Source: Eledone cirrhosa (lineage: Eukaryota). Taken from it: DNA of 64,000 nucleotides. Below, piece by piece: positions 26,974 through 44,581 of this stretch. The stretch lies in the NCBI GenBank assembly GCA_964016885.1, contig OZ024757.1, positions 14,260,001 through 14,324,000 on the forward strand. The letters are read 5' to 3'. A program made the position numbers and the translations under genes. The notes under the pieces were generated by a model. That model saw only the letters and a program-made list of their open reading frames with translations, was not told where the DNA came from and made no database searches. Within the stretch, counting starts at the first letter, position 1, and each line of letters opens with the position of its first letter.

Positions 26974-27570
26974 GTATAAATTAATATGTATGTGATGAAA
27001 CACAGATACCAACACATCTGTATATATATATTGCAAAAGAAAAATTTAGCCAGATTGAAGTATATATGTCCATATCGATTTAAAATAATAAATCAACGGA
27101 GACGAACTGTATTGCCAAGAGGCCGTGATGTTTAGACACATTTAAATTTCAAAATCAAACCTGTTCCGTAGATAAGTTTAGACTTTAAGATCCAAATATG
27201 TTTCGAGTTAAATAAGTGTAGGAATATCATGTCCTGCTCTCCTCAGTAAACATCCAGAGACAAATTGATATGCTTCACTTCTAAATAATTTAAAAGACTG
27301 CGTGACGCACATGGCTTTACAGTATCTAACTAGTCTCATAACCGTACTGCTAGAAATAACAGTCGTATATATGAGGCGGCTTGCAGCTCAAACTAGGAGC
27401 AGTTAAAATTAATAAGGTAATGAATTCTTTTACAATGGAATCAGCTCGAAGGAGGAAAAATATCCCCTGAGCAGTGTATAAATTAATATGTATGTGATGA
27501 AACACAGATACCAACACATCTGTATATATATTGCAAAAGAAAAATTTAGCCAGATTGAAGTATATATATG
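26974..27570 (-). mobile_element. ~500-bp unit with ~95-bp terminal direct repeat and a degenerate HHR (27190-27251)
   Basis: GTATAAATTAATATG...GATTGAAGTATA occurs at 26974 and 27476. Minus strand reads GTTTA-CTGAGGA-GAG...CTC-GAAA-CATA-TT-TGGAT. Confidence 0.55.
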
Positions 27571-28349
27571 TATGTATATATATATGTATGTGTATATATA
27601 CATATATATGTATATGTGTGTCTCTATGTATATATATATATATGTGTGTGTCTCTATGTATATATATATGTGTGTGTGTCTCTATATATATATGTGTGTC
27701 TCTATGAATATATATGTGTGTGTGTGTGTGTATGTATATATGTGTGTGTATGTGTGGTCGGACTACCTTAAACGATTGTTAACTTATATATATATATATA
27801 TTATATAAAGAGGGGGAATGGGGTAGAAGAGTGTAAACGAAAAAAGGGGCGATGAAATAAAACACCTGTCAAGTCCAGGGAGCTGTTATAACTGACTTTA
27901 TTATTGTTATTTAGTCCCAGTTAAATATTGATCGAGCAGATTGAAGGCGTTCCATACGTGACCAAACCACATGTTTTTATATCTAAGAATAAATTGTCCA
28001 ACATGCTCTTCCATTTTTGAAACCGATAACATGTAGTTTGAGTGCTATTTTGACATACCATCTAACTTCCCTTCGTAGTTCGTAGGGAAGTTAGACGGTT
28101 ACACAGGTGAGCAATTTCTCTCTTATTTTTTTTTTATACTTGTTTTCAGTCATTAGGCTGCGGTCATGCTTGGGCACAGCCTTGATATTATTGACAATAT
28201 TATTTGCAAGGTAGGTACGTATTTTACCAAACTCTTTTTGACGAACCGCTAGATAACGGAACGTAAACAGACACAATTCAATTTTATGCTTTTGATTTTA
28301 AAACTTTATGCTCTGGTTTAATCACCAGGAGGCACTGATGTATGGTGGA

Positions 28350-28697
28350 GAGGAAAGGCGATTAAATCGACCCCAGTGCTTGACTGGTACTTTATTGTAT
28401 CGACCCCGTAAGGATGCAAGGCATAGTTAACCTCGGCGGGGTTTGAACTCAGACCGTAACTCTGTGCTACAAAACATGGTGTCCGACTCTCCACCGATAC
28501 TGCCAACTCACCGCCCTTATAATAATAATAATTGTTTCTACTTTTGGCACAAGGCCAGCAATTATCCAGTGCATTACTGGTACTTTATTTTATTGACCCC
28601 GTAAGGATGAAAGGCAGAGTTAAACTCGGCGGAATTTAAACTCAGAATGGCAAGGGCCATAACTCTATGCATCAAAGCATGGCGTCCGACCCTCTAT
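28350..28697 (-). mobile_element. Two adjacent tRNA-derived SINE copies
   Basis: Both carry GAGTT(C/T)AAA..CGCCGAG.TTAACT.TGCCTT.CATCCTTACGGGGTC..TA.AATAAAGTACCAG. Confidence 0.75.
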
Positions 28698-29086
28698 AAG
28701 TATATCACAAGTGTAAACATCTAAAGATATATGTGTGTGTTTTCTTGAACGTGGCGGATTTTGTTGTCTCTTGAGATCACTGGTTGTGACTTGGTGATAG
28801 CTTGTATGGACATAAAGCAAGATAAATCAAATAATAATAATAATAATAAGCGGTTGGTGAGACAGAGGAAGGGTAATACTAATAAACACAATCGAAAGGA
28901 AAATCTCGATGAAAGAAGGAAAAAATAGAGACTTTTAGGTGAGGATAAAGAGGGTGGGGGGAGGTTGACATAGAAATGGAAGGTTAGATAAATAAATAGA
29001 TAGATAGGTAGGTAGATAGATAGGTAGATAGATAGATAGGTAGGTAGCTAGATAGGTAGGTAGCTAGCTAGCTAGCTAGATAGATA

Positions 29087-30061
29087 TGTTTCTTTTATTT
29101 GCCACTAGGGCATCAAAAGTGGGACAAGTACAAAGGGGGCAGTTTACACAAAAAGGCGTCCTCAATAAGGAGGAGGCAATAACAAAATATAAAAATAAAA
29201 TAAGATATAACAAAAAATAAAATTTATAACAAAATCCTCAATAGAGAGGAGGCGCCTTGGGGGGTCGCACACACCCCCGAAAAAAGTGTGCAACCCTTCT
29301 CCTCAGGAGCACAGAGAAGGGGTGCTCCCTTGGTCTTTCATCTTCCTCACCTATAGTCTGATGTAGAGTGAAGGCCCATTCACACGGGCCATTCTCGCCA
29401 CTTTCACCCATCTTTCATAAAAACGGCTGGGGTGCAGCACCTCTCTCTCCATCCTGATCCTTCTTCCGAAATGATATCGGAAGAAACGGACCAGTTGTTG
29501 GCCAGAGAGAAAGGTGTCTCAACTCAGTCCTTTCAGACGCGTCCACCATACAACCTCTTTCGCCATGGCTATTACGCACAGAAACACCGCCTCTCCTTCG
29601 TTTTTGAAGAGGGGAGGCGGCTTGATCGTTACAATAGACTCGGTGGTCAACCAGATCGGTCCCACCCTTGACAGCAGTTGTTCGACATAGCCCCACAGAT
29701 CGGCAATGCCCCAGCAGTGTACTAATGCGTGTGCAACGGTTTCCATGTCGCACACGCATCTGGGACAGATCTTTTTCGAGGGGTCCCTACCCGGGCGCCC
29801 GTGTCTGTAGAGCCTTTCTCGAACGGGCAGAGCCCCTCGGTAGCACTGCCAGGCCAGGGACCTCTGGAAGTTATCCATGGGTCCCGGGCTGAATGTCCTA
29901 CCGAACAGGTTGGCCAGTTCGTCTTCCTCCATGCCTAGGGTTTCTCCGATGGCGTCGTCGTCGCACCTGCTAACAACCAGCCCTCTATAGAATGACGAGG
30001 TGGATTCTCCACTGACAGCCGGGTCCGCCTGCCAGAGAGCCGTGAGCGCCTGGGCACACTC
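29087..30061 (-). mobile_element. Tx1/L1-clade LINE 3' fragment in (GATA/GGTA)n
   Basis: ORF 29519-29932 has the zf-RVT-like motif ALPVRERL...CPRC...ETVAHALVHC. Confidence 0.85.
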
Positions 30062-30152
30062 GTAGATAGATAGGTAGGTAGCTAGATAGGTAGGTAGCTA
30101 GATAGGTAGGTAGATAGATAGGTAGGTAGCTAGATAGGTAGGTAGATAGATA

Positions 30153-31033
30153 TGTTTCTTTTATTTGCCACAAGGGCATCACAAGTGGGACAAGTACAAT
30201 GGGGGGAGTTTACAAAACAAGGCGTCCTCAATAGGGAGGAGGCAATAACAATATATAAAAATAAAATAAAATATAACAAAAAATAGAATTATAACAAAAT
30301 CCTCAATAGAGGATCTTGTTATAAAATATAACAAAAAATAAAATTTATAACAAAATCCTCAATAGAGAGGAGGCGCCTTGGGGGGTCGCACACACCCCCG
30401 AAAAAAGTGTGCAACCCTTTTCCTCAGGAGCACAGAGAGGGGGTGCTCCCTCGTTCCTTTCTCTTTTCCACCTACAGGCTCATGTAAAGAGAAGGCCCAT
30501 TCACACGGGCCATTCTCGCCACTTTCACCCACCTTTCATAAAAACGACTGGGGTGCAGCACCTCTCTCTCCATCCTGATCCTTCTTCCGAAATGATATCG
30601 GAAGAAACGGACCAGTTGTTGGCCAGAGAGAAAGGTGCCTGACCTCAGTCCTTTCAGACGCGTCCACCATACAACCTCTTTCGCCATGGCTATTACGCAC
30701 AGAAACACCGCCTCTGCTTCATCTTTGAAGGGGGGAGGCGGCTTGATCATTACAATAGACTCGGTGGTCAACCGGATCGGTCCCACCCTTGACAGCAGTT
30801 GTTCGACATAGCCCCACAGATCGGCTACGCCCGAGCAGTGTACCAATGCGTGTGCAACGGTTTCCTCGTCGCACACGCATCTGGGACAGATCTTTTTGGC
30901 GGGGTCCCTACCCGGGCGCCCGTGTCTGTAGAGCCTTTCTCGAACGGGTAAAGCCCCTCGGTAGCACTGCCAGGCCAGGGACTTCTGGAAGTTGTCCATA
31001 GGTCCCGGGCTGAATGTCCTACCGAACAGGCTG
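30153..31033 (-). mobile_element. Second Tx1/L1-clade 3' fragment in (GATA/GGTA)n
   Basis: ORF 30472-30999 has the same CCHC motif; same 3' end, different 5' truncation. Confidence 0.85.
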
Positions 31034-31304
31034 GTAGGTAGATAGATAGGTAGGTAGATAGATAGGTAGGTAGCTAGATAGGTAGGTAGCTAGATAGGTA
31101 GGTAGCTAGATAGGTAGGTAGCTAGATAGGTAGCTAGATAGGTAGGTAGCTAGATAGACAGATAAGTATATAGATAAATGGTGGATGTATTGATAGATAG
31201 AGGGATGGGTAGGTGGATGGATAAATGGCGAGATAGATATGTAGGTAAATAGAGTGATAGACATCCAGACGGTTACTTGAACAAACATTTTTACCTTTTA
31301 CACA

Positions 31305-33683
<2,379 letters not shown>

Positions 33684-33684
33684 C

Positions 33685-33757
<73 letters not shown>

Positions 33758-33758
33758 C

Positions 33759-33815
<57 letters not shown>

Positions 33816-33825
33816 CATATATATG

Positions 33826-33857
<32 letters not shown>

Positions 33858-34700
33858 TATACATACATATATATGTATATATATATATATATATGTATAT
33901 ATATGTAGGAGGTGAGTTTTATTGTAGTACAATAAAGCAATGCAGATATCGGATAAGAAACACTCTACAGTTTATTATTTTTTTCTCCCCATCAACGAAC
34001 TTATTATTCGCACATATTATCAATTCAATATACAAACTTTAACTTCACATTATTTTTCTCAAATCCTTCTACACACAAACCTTAACAATTTTTCTCTTCG
34101 CTAATTTTGAAATTTCCAAAATACATACATTTCTTCTTTTGACGTTAGAATATTCACCCACAATTATTATTTTTTTCTCTCTATCTTCATACATAATTTC
34201 CCTTCGTTAATTTTCAAATTCCTTTAATTTATACATTATCTTCCAACGGTTCCCAACCTCTCTATATTAAAACAATATATCTTTTTCTCAGTTATAAAAA
34301 CTATCTCTTTCTCTCTATCACCCATCTCTCCCTCTCCACCTTCACTCTCATCTCCTCCCCCTTTTTTTCATCCTTTCCACCCCCCCCCTCCCTAAATAAA
34401 ATACTTTTTCCTCGCACATATCCTCCCTTCGTTAATTTTCAAAATGTTTAACTTATACAGTATCTTCCAACGGTTTTCAACCCCTCTATGTAAAAAATAT
34501 ATCTCCTCTCAGTTATAAAAACTATCTCTTTCTCTCTATCACCCATCTCTCCCTCTCATCTCCTTCCCTTTTCATCCCCCCCCCCTCTCTAAATAAAATA
34601 TTTTTCCCAATATCACACATCAATCTAAAACCACTTTTCATATGTTGATTTAAAACTGCACTATCCACAAGTGTTTTTTAGCCTTCATATCATGTTCTCC

Positions 34701-34771
34701 TGTTTTATCTGATGAAAACACAAATATTATTGCTTGATGATGTTTGTTTTTGAAATGCGCATAATAAAATA
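34701..34771 (+). ncRNA. Hammerhead ribozyme motif
   Basis: TGTTTTAT-CTGATGA-AAACACAAATATT...GATGTTTGTTTTT-GAAA-TGCGCA-TA-ATAAAATA. Confidence 0.8.
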
Positions 34772-34823
34772 TATGGAACTCCTTTAACCATCTTTTGATC
34801 TTATATTATGTATATATATATAT

Positions 34824-34911
<88 letters not shown>

Positions 34912-34925
34912 GTATGTATATATAT

Positions 34926-34981
<56 letters not shown>

Positions 34982-35006
34982 GTGTATATATATATATATA
35001 TATGTA

Positions 35007-35101
<95 letters not shown>

Positions 35102-35216
35102 GTATATCTATATATATATATATGTATATATATATAACTATATGTATATATATATATATATGTATATATATATGTATATATATATATGTATATATATATA
35201 TATGTATATATATATG

Positions 35217-35268
<52 letters not shown>

Positions 35269-35393
35269 TAGATTATATTAATAAGAGGAATTCCAACTTT
35301 GTCTGATTTATTCGTTTTATTTACAATCCTTTAAAATTTATAATGGTATTATAATGAAATAGTATGATAGAATATTAAATGTTAAGTGTTAAT

Positions 35394-35432
35394 TGAACAA
35401 GTACTTTCATGCTTTCGCAATCTTCAGGTTCA
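35394..35432 (-). ncRNA. Hammerhead ribozyme motif
   Basis: TGAAC-CTGAAGA-T-TGC gaaa GCA-T-GAAA-GTAC-TT-GTTCA. Confidence 0.82.
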
Positions 35433-35870
35433 TAATGTGTGGTGACAGTCAAGTTTGCAATTTTCAACTGTAATGAGATGGGTAAATTTTGTACCTTATA
35501 TACATTCTACTATGACTATGACCATGTCGACTACGACCACTAACAACAACAACAACAACAATAATAATAATAATAATAAAAGTGATGTTGATGGTGATGA
35601 TTACTAGAAAATGCTATTTTCATCATTTCTAAAAATAGCAAAACAATTGATGCTTTGGATAGGATCAATTATTGGTCGTTAGACATACTCAACCAGCCGT
35701 GACGTTTAAACCAATCAGCTTTAGTAATTCAGTGAAACTACACACCGATTGGTCGAAATACAGTTTGCAAGATTTAGCATTCTGGAGCCACTTTTCACTG
35801 TATATAAGGTACAAAATTTACCCGTCTCATTACAGTTGAAAATTGCAAACTTGACTGTCACCACACATTA

Positions 35871-35909
35871 TGAACCTGAAGATTGCGAAAGCATGAAAAT
35901 ACTTGTTCA
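35871..35909 (+). ncRNA. Hammerhead ribozyme motif
   Basis: Same as 35394-35432 but stem III is ATAC. Confidence 0.72.
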
Positions 35910-36181
35910 ATTAACACTTAACATTTAATATTCTATCATACTATTTCATTATAATACCATTATAAATTTTAAAGGATTGTAAATAAAACGAGTAAATCAG
36001 ACAAAGTTGGAATTCCTCTTATTAATGTATATATATATATGTATTAGAAAGTGAGGTTTTTTTTACAAAATGAAAAATAACCGAGGTGTCCTACACGAGT
36101 GAAAGTATAAAGAAAAAGAGATGAAATCGAAAATGCAACTGGAGTCTTATTTTTTTTAAAAATATATATATTTATTTGGTT

Positions 36182-36219
36182 CCTTTACCGGTTTCGCAGT
36201 TCTTCTGCTTTTCAAAAGG
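36182..36219 (-). ncRNA. Hammerhead ribozyme motif (U3-A8 core)
   Basis: Inverted copy of 36258-36295, within palindrome 36105-36370. Confidence 0.7.
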
Positions 36220-36257
36220 TGAGTTGAGATGGAGGGTCTGTCCTCCATCTCAACTCA

Positions 36258-36295
36258 CCTTTTGAAAAGCAGAAGAACTGCGAAACCGGTAAAGG
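36258..36295 (+). ncRNA. Hammerhead ribozyme motif (U3-A8 core)
   Basis: CCTT-TTGAAAA-GCAG aagaa CTGC-GAAA-CCGG-TA-AAGG. Confidence 0.72.
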
Positions 36296-36374
36296 AACCA
36301 AATAAATATATATATTTAAAAAAAAAATAAGACTCCAGTTGCATTTTCGATTTTATCTCTTTTTCTTTATATAT

Positions 36375-36405
<31 letters not shown>

Positions 36406-36411
36406 TTACAT

Positions 36412-36602
36412 ATAGGAAAAGAGTCAGGACCCTGACGGCTGAGCTCCAGCTAGATCAGAACTGTTCAGATCTAGCTGTAGAAACGGCCAGAGCTCAACCG
36501 TCGGGGTCCTGGCTCTGTTCCTATTACCCACTCTACTACTCATAGTATCGAGTACTCTGGTGCTTTATGGTCCACCTGGTATCTTACCACACCTTCTTCA
36601 TT
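36412..36602 (+). mobile_element. Short pLTR-tail family beginning with an HHR 3' half; foldback
   Basis: GAAACGG..GAGCTC..CCGTC-GGGGTCC then ACCCACTCTACTAC...GAGTACT...ATGGTCCA. Copies at 39120-39235, 40945-41215, 52564-52840 and 56817-57013. Confidence 0.7.
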
Positions 36603-37084
36603 ATATATGTGTATATATGAATATACATGAATATATATATATATATGTGTATATATATATATAGAGAGAGAGAGAAAGAGAGAGAAGGGAATAAAATAGC
36701 ATAGAGAGAAACTTGAAAAAAAAGGGGTGACGATCATTGAACGCCGCGTTCTTTCTTCAATTTCCTAGAGAGACACATACGTTGGTGTAGATTAAACGCC
36801 TGAATACATGGGCCCTAAAAGAAACAATGAACTGTCTTTCAAAAGAAACATCGTTGAAATATCTCAGTTAAAGAGATGAAGAAAAAAAAAATGAACGCCA
36901 CAGAAAAGTAAAGAGATGAAGAGACAGCGTAAAAGCGAATGAGATCGTTAAAAAAACGTCGTCTGACCACCCTGGGAGTATTACTGTCATATGAAATACT
37001 AGAGCTGTTTATTATTGCACTGCCGTAGGAAAATAATTGAAGAGAAAATAAGGAAGGAAAATAAATCAATGATAAAACTGATAT

Positions 37085-38485
<1,401 letters not shown>

Positions 38486-38670
38486 GCGGAAGAAACAACA
38501 ACGTATTTGTCTAAATCTAAACAACTGCTGTCAATAGTTTTATAGTCAGACATGAAATAAAATAAAAACCTTCCCCAAATGTCTCGTTGATGTTTGAACA
38601 TCATTAAACTTGAATTTAATCACCATGTGTACCTCATCTTTTCATGTACACACACACACATATATATATA

Positions 38671-38707
<37 letters not shown>

Positions 38708-38756
38708 TTACACCCATCACACACACATATATATATACTTACATATATATATACTT

Positions 38757-38821
<65 letters not shown>

Positions 38822-39006
38822 CTTACACCCATCACACACACATATATATATGTATAAAGAGAGATAAGAGGTGAAGTTGGAAGCACGGTAAATATATTTT
38901 AGGGCCTGTTTTTCTTTTTTTTTTCGTCAAAGAGACATTATATATATACTTACACGCATACTTACATACACATGTATATATATGTGTGTGTGTGTGTGTG
39001 TTTGTG

Positions 39007-39060
<54 letters not shown>

Positions 39061-39065
39061 TGTGG

Positions 39066-39121
<56 letters not shown>

Positions 39122-39232
39122 AGATTCAGATCTTGCTGTCGAATCGGTCGTCGGGGTCCTGAATTTTTTTCTACCCCAACTATCGAGTACTCTCGTGGGT
39201 TATGGTCCATCTGGTTTTTTTACCTCACCCTA

Positions 39233-39279
<47 letters not shown>

Positions 39280-39291
39280 TGTTATATATTG

Positions 39292-39356
39292 TATTTTGTC
39301 TGATGAAGGCATACCATAATTTAATGTGGTATCCCTGAAATATGTATAATGAAATA
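39292..39356 (+). ncRNA. Hammerhead ribozyme motif (7985 family)
   Basis: TATTTTGT-CTGATGA-AGGCATACCA...TGGTATCCCT-GAAA-TATGTA-TA-ATGAAATA, in a ~125-bp insert between TA tracts. Confidence 0.75.
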
Positions 39357-39395
39357 AATATGGTTTTATAAATATAGTTTCCATTTATTAATATC

Positions 39396-39493
<98 letters not shown>

Positions 39494-40417
39494 AGGTAGA
39501 TAGATATACAGGGCTTCCAAGAGGAATTTTGCTAGGCGGAACAAGACTACATGGAGCCAACCTATGTTAAGTTTCGATGTGGCTGATAGCTTTTAGATGG
39601 CTTCATATACGTACAGGACTATCCTTGGTTTTTCGAACCCTTTCAAAGTTTTAAAGTAATGTTTCATATGATTTTTTTACGCCATAGTTTAAAATAATTT
39701 ATTACATCAATTCATGTACTAACAAACTCATTTCTTTTCGTTATCTTATCAAAATCAATAGCACAACGCCCGACTTTACATTCAAAAGGATATGTGACTT
39801 ATAATTTGAATATAGTGTTGCCATTATCGTCTGCAACGAGATGTTATGAATCTCACTCAAATAACATGTAGACGGCGCTTTATCTGTTCATCAGGTGTTG
39901 TCATAAAAACATAGCTAATAATTATATATTTGATAAAAGATACTACTTGATAGACGTTGAAAGATATAATGTTACAGAGTTATCTTCGTCATAAATCATG
40001 TACAAAGGAAATATATAAACATGACAAACAGAATAAAAAGCCAACAAATAACAAGAAATTTGAGAGACTAAGGTCGAAAAGATTAAACGTTTATTTAGAG
40101 TAAAATGTCTTCTGTGCCTACAGGTCGTAATCCATTCATAACGGCGATATAATAGAGGCATTTTGTAAAACAGTGTATCAAATGTTTCCCACGTGCATAA
40201 CATGCATGTCGTCTGTTTTTATTGCTATTGTTGCTGCAGCTGTTGTTGTTGTTGTTAAACATCGTAGCTTTGCAAATTAGTTTCCATTTGATAAAAGAAT
40301 CTTTTTTTTCTCACAAGCCTTCCTTCAAAAGCAAGCAGTTTTCTATAGTTTAAAATTATTTCACATATACGCTTATGTATATATATGTATATCTTTATGC
40401 ATATATATATACATATA

Positions 40418-40504
<87 letters not shown>

Positions 40505-40532
40505 AACAAAAGATGGTTAAAAGAGTTCCATG

Positions 40533-40603
40533 TATTTTATTATGCGCATTTCAAAAACAAATATCATCATGCAATAATATTTGTGTTTTCATCAGATAAA
40601 ACA
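40533..40603 (-). ncRNA. Hammerhead ribozyme motif (34701 family)
   Basis: Inverted arm of foldback 40500-40817. Confidence 0.8.
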
Positions 40604-40712
40604 GGAAGACATGATATGAAGGTTAAAAAACACTTGTGGATAGTGCAGTTTTAAATCAACATATCCATTGCACTATCCACAAGTGTTTTTTAACCTTCAT
40701 ATCATGTCTTCC

Positions 40713-40783
40713 TATTTTATCTGATGAAAACACAAATATTATTGCATGATGATATTTGTTTTTGAAATGCGCATAATAAAATA
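40713..40783 (+). ncRNA. Hammerhead ribozyme motif (34701 family)
   Basis: TATTTTAT-CTGATGA...GAAA-TGCGCA-TA-ATAAAATA. Confidence 0.82.
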
Positions 40784-40906
40784 CATGGAACTCATTTAAC
40801 CATCTTTTGATCTTATATATTATGTATACTCCAGTCCTACAAACTGTAGAGTGCTTCTTATCCGATATCTGCATTGCTTTATTGTACTACAATAAAACTC
40901 ACCTCC

Positions 40907-40945
<39 letters not shown>

Positions 40946-41434
40946 ACAAATTCCGAGTTCGGATCTAGCTGTTGAAATGGCCGGAGCTCAGCCGTCGGGG
41001 TCCTACTTTTTTTCATATTAACCACTCTACTACCCCAAGTATCGAGTACTCTGATGAGTAATGATCTATCTGGTTTTTATATATATAACAAAGAAGGTGT
41101 GGTAAGATACCAGGTGGACCATAACGCACCAGAGTACTCGATACTTAGGGTAGTAGAGTGGGTAATAGAAAAAGAGTCAGGACCCCGACGACTGAGCTCC
41201 GGCCGTTTCGCGATATATATCTGGAGCGGGTAAAATTCCTGATATATATATATATATATAAATGTAATCTGAGTTTTTCGAATATTACTAATAACAGCCT
41301 CTTTTATAAGCCATGTCAGCAGAATGAGCCCCTCATTCTCTCTCTTGTGTTGTATTGAGCCATGTAGAGCGATAACTAGTTGTAAGTTATATATATATAT
41401 TCATACACACACACACACATATATATATATTCAT

Positions 41435-41472
<38 letters not shown>

Positions 41473-41476
41473 TCAT

Positions 41477-41529
<53 letters not shown>

Positions 41530-41620
41530 TACTCACACACACACACATATATATATACATAAACGTATATATAAAGAGAGAGAGATATACAGAAAGAGAA
41601 GAGAGTTTAGCTTGATAGTT

Positions 41621-43998
41621 GGCTTGGCTGACATATTGACAGACCGAGAAGCTTGGCTGACATATTGACAGACCGAGAGGCTTGGCTGACATATTGACAG
41701 ACCGAGAGGCTTGGCTGACATATTGACAGACCGAGAGGCTTGGCTGACATATTGACAGAGCGAGAGGCTTGGCTGACATATTGACAGAGCGAGAGGCTTG
41801 GCTGACATGTTGACAGACCGAGAAGCTTGGCTGACATATTGACTGACCGAGAAGCTTGGCTGACATATTGACAGACCGAGAAGCTTGGCTGACATATTGA
41901 CAGACCGAGAAGCTTGGCTGACATATTGACAGACCGAGAGGCTTGGCTGACATATTGACAGGCCGAGAGGGTTAGCTGACATATTGACAGACCGAGAGGC
42001 TTGGCTGACATATTGACAGACCGAGAGGCTTGGCTGACATATTGACAGACCGAGAAGCTTGGCTGACATATTGACAAACCGAGAGGCTTGGCTGACATAT
42101 TGACAGGCCCAGAGGCTTGGCTGACATATTGACAGAGCGAGAGGGTTGGCTGACATATTGACAGAGCGAGAGGCTTGGCTGACATATTGACAGACCGAGA
42201 GGCTTGGCTGACATATTGACAGACCGAGAAGCTTGGCTGACATATTGACAGACCGAGAGGCTTGGCTGACATATTGACAGACCGAGAGGCTTGGCTGACA
42301 TATTGACAGGCCGAGAGGGTTGGCTGACATATTGACAGACCGAGAGGCTTGTCTGACATATTGACAGACCGAGAGGCTTGGCTGACATATTGACAGACCG
42401 AGAGGCTTGGCTGACATATTGACAAACCGAGAGGCTTGGCTGACATATTGACAAACCGAGAGGCTATGCTGACATATTGACAGACCGAGAGGCTTGGCTG
42501 ACATTGACAGACCGAGAGGCTTGGCTGACATATTGACAGACCGAGAGGCTTGGCTGACATATTGACAGACCGAGAGGCTTGGCTGACATATTGACAGACC
42601 GAGAGGCTTGGCTGACATATTGACAGACCGAGAGGCTTGGCTGACATATTGACAGACCGAGTGGCTATGCTGACATATTGACAGACCGAGAGGCTTGTCT
42701 GACATATTGACAGACCGAGAGGCTTGGCTGAAATATTGACAGACCGAGAGGCTTGGCTGACATATTGACAGACCGAGAGGCTTGGCTGACATATTGACAG
42801 ACCGAGAGGCTTGGCTGACATATTGACAGAGCGAGAGGCTTGGCTGACATATTGACAGACCGAGAGGCTTGGCTGACATATTGACAGACCGAGAGGCTTG
42901 GCTGACATATTGACATAGCGAGAGGCTTGGCTGGCATATTGACAGACCGAGAGGCTTGGCTGGCATATTGACAGACCGAGAGGCTTGGCTGCCATATTGA
43001 CAGACCGAGAGGCTTGGCTGACATATTGACAGACCGAGAGGCTTGGCTGGCATTTTGACAGACCGAGAGGCTTGGCTGACATATTGACAGACCGAGAGGC
43101 TTGGCTGACATATTGACAGACCGAGAGGCTATGCTGACATATTGACAGACCGAGAGGCTTGGGTGACATATTGACAGACCGAGAGGCTTGCTGGCATATT
43201 GACAGACCGAGAGGCTTGGCTGACATATTGACAGACCGAGAGGCTTGGCTGACATATTGACAGACCGAGAGGCTTGGCTGGCATATTGACAGACCGAGAG
43301 GCTTGGCTGACATATTGACAGACCGAGAGGCTTGGCTGGCATATTGACAGACCGAGAGGCTTGGCTGACATATTGACAGACCGAGAGGCTTGGCTGACAT
43401 ATTGACAGACCGAGAGGCTTGGCTGACATATTGACAGACCGAGAGGATATGCTGACATATTGACAGACCGAGAGGGTTGGCTGACATATTGACAGACCGA
43501 GAGGCTTGGCTGACATATTGACAGAGCGAGAGGCTTGGCTGACATATTGACAGACCGAGAGGCTTGGCTGACATATTGACAGACCGAGAGGCTTGGCTGA
43601 CATATTGACAGACCGAGAGGATATGCTGACATATTGACAGACCGAGAGGGTTGGCTGACATATTGACAGACCGAGAGGCTTGGCTGACATATTGACAGAG
43701 CGAGAGGCTTGGCTGACATATTGACAGAGCGAGAGGGTTGGCTGACATATTGACAGACCGAGAGGGTTGGCTGACATATTGACAGACCGAGAGGGTTGGC
43801 TGACATATTGACAGACCGAGAGGCTTGGCTGACATATTGACTGACCGAGAGGCTTGGCTGACATATTGACAGACCGAGAGGCTTGGCTGACATATTGACA
43901 GACCGAGAGGCTTGGCTGGCATATTGACAGACCGAGAGGCTTGGCTGACATATTGACAGACCGAGAGGCTTGGCTGACATATTGACAGACCGAGAGGG
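41621..43998. repeat. 29-bp tandem satellite, about 82 copies
   Basis: Unit GGCTTGGCTGACATATTGACAGACCGAGA with no spacers. Confidence 0.97.
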
Positions 43999-44581
43999 AA
44001 ACTTAAAGAACATTTAAATAAGATCTCAAATGATTTCTATTTCCATTCCATCTTTCAAGAGTGCACCACTCCCCTCACCACCCAGGGGTCCCATTCGGCC
44101 TCATCACCCCTCCTCCCCTCGCTAATCTCCCTGTCTACTTACCATTTATCCACCATGTCTCTCACGACCATCAACCCTCGCTGATTACCATCATCATCAT
44201 CCTCATCATCAAGTCCATACTCACACTTACAGACTGTTCGCAATCACCATAGACATAACTCAATCATACCCCACCCCCTCCATTGACATTCTACTAAGCC
44301 CCCCCCCCCCTTCTCGTTGTCATCATCATCATCATTATTCCCTCTCACATCCGACTGCATATCGCAAACTCATGCCACTACATCACACACTCTCTCTCTC
44401 TCTTCCCCATCACACCTACCTTTACCCTTCCACCTCCACATACTATCCTACCCACCACCACTACCATACACCCCCACCACCACACACTACTCCATCCACC
44501 ACCATACAATACCCTGCTCCACCCACACCCTAACCCTTTACCTTTTAGAGTCAACAGTCATGTCAAGTTGTATATTTATTA

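Larger units (their letters stand above)
35276..36026. mobile_element. Inverted pLTR pair with spacer, between (TA)n tracts
   Basis: 35276-35503 is the reverse complement of about 35800-36026; CCAAT/ATTGG and TATATAA motifs lie upstream of the plus-strand HHR. Confidence 0.8.

Noticed and set aside
39782-39903. Minus-strand CTGATGA with a partial stem I partner
   Set aside because: GAAA and UH positions cannot be assigned.
41621-43998. CRISPR-like array of 29-bp repeats
   Set aside because: Units are contiguous with no unique spacers, there are no cas genes, and the context is eukaryotic.
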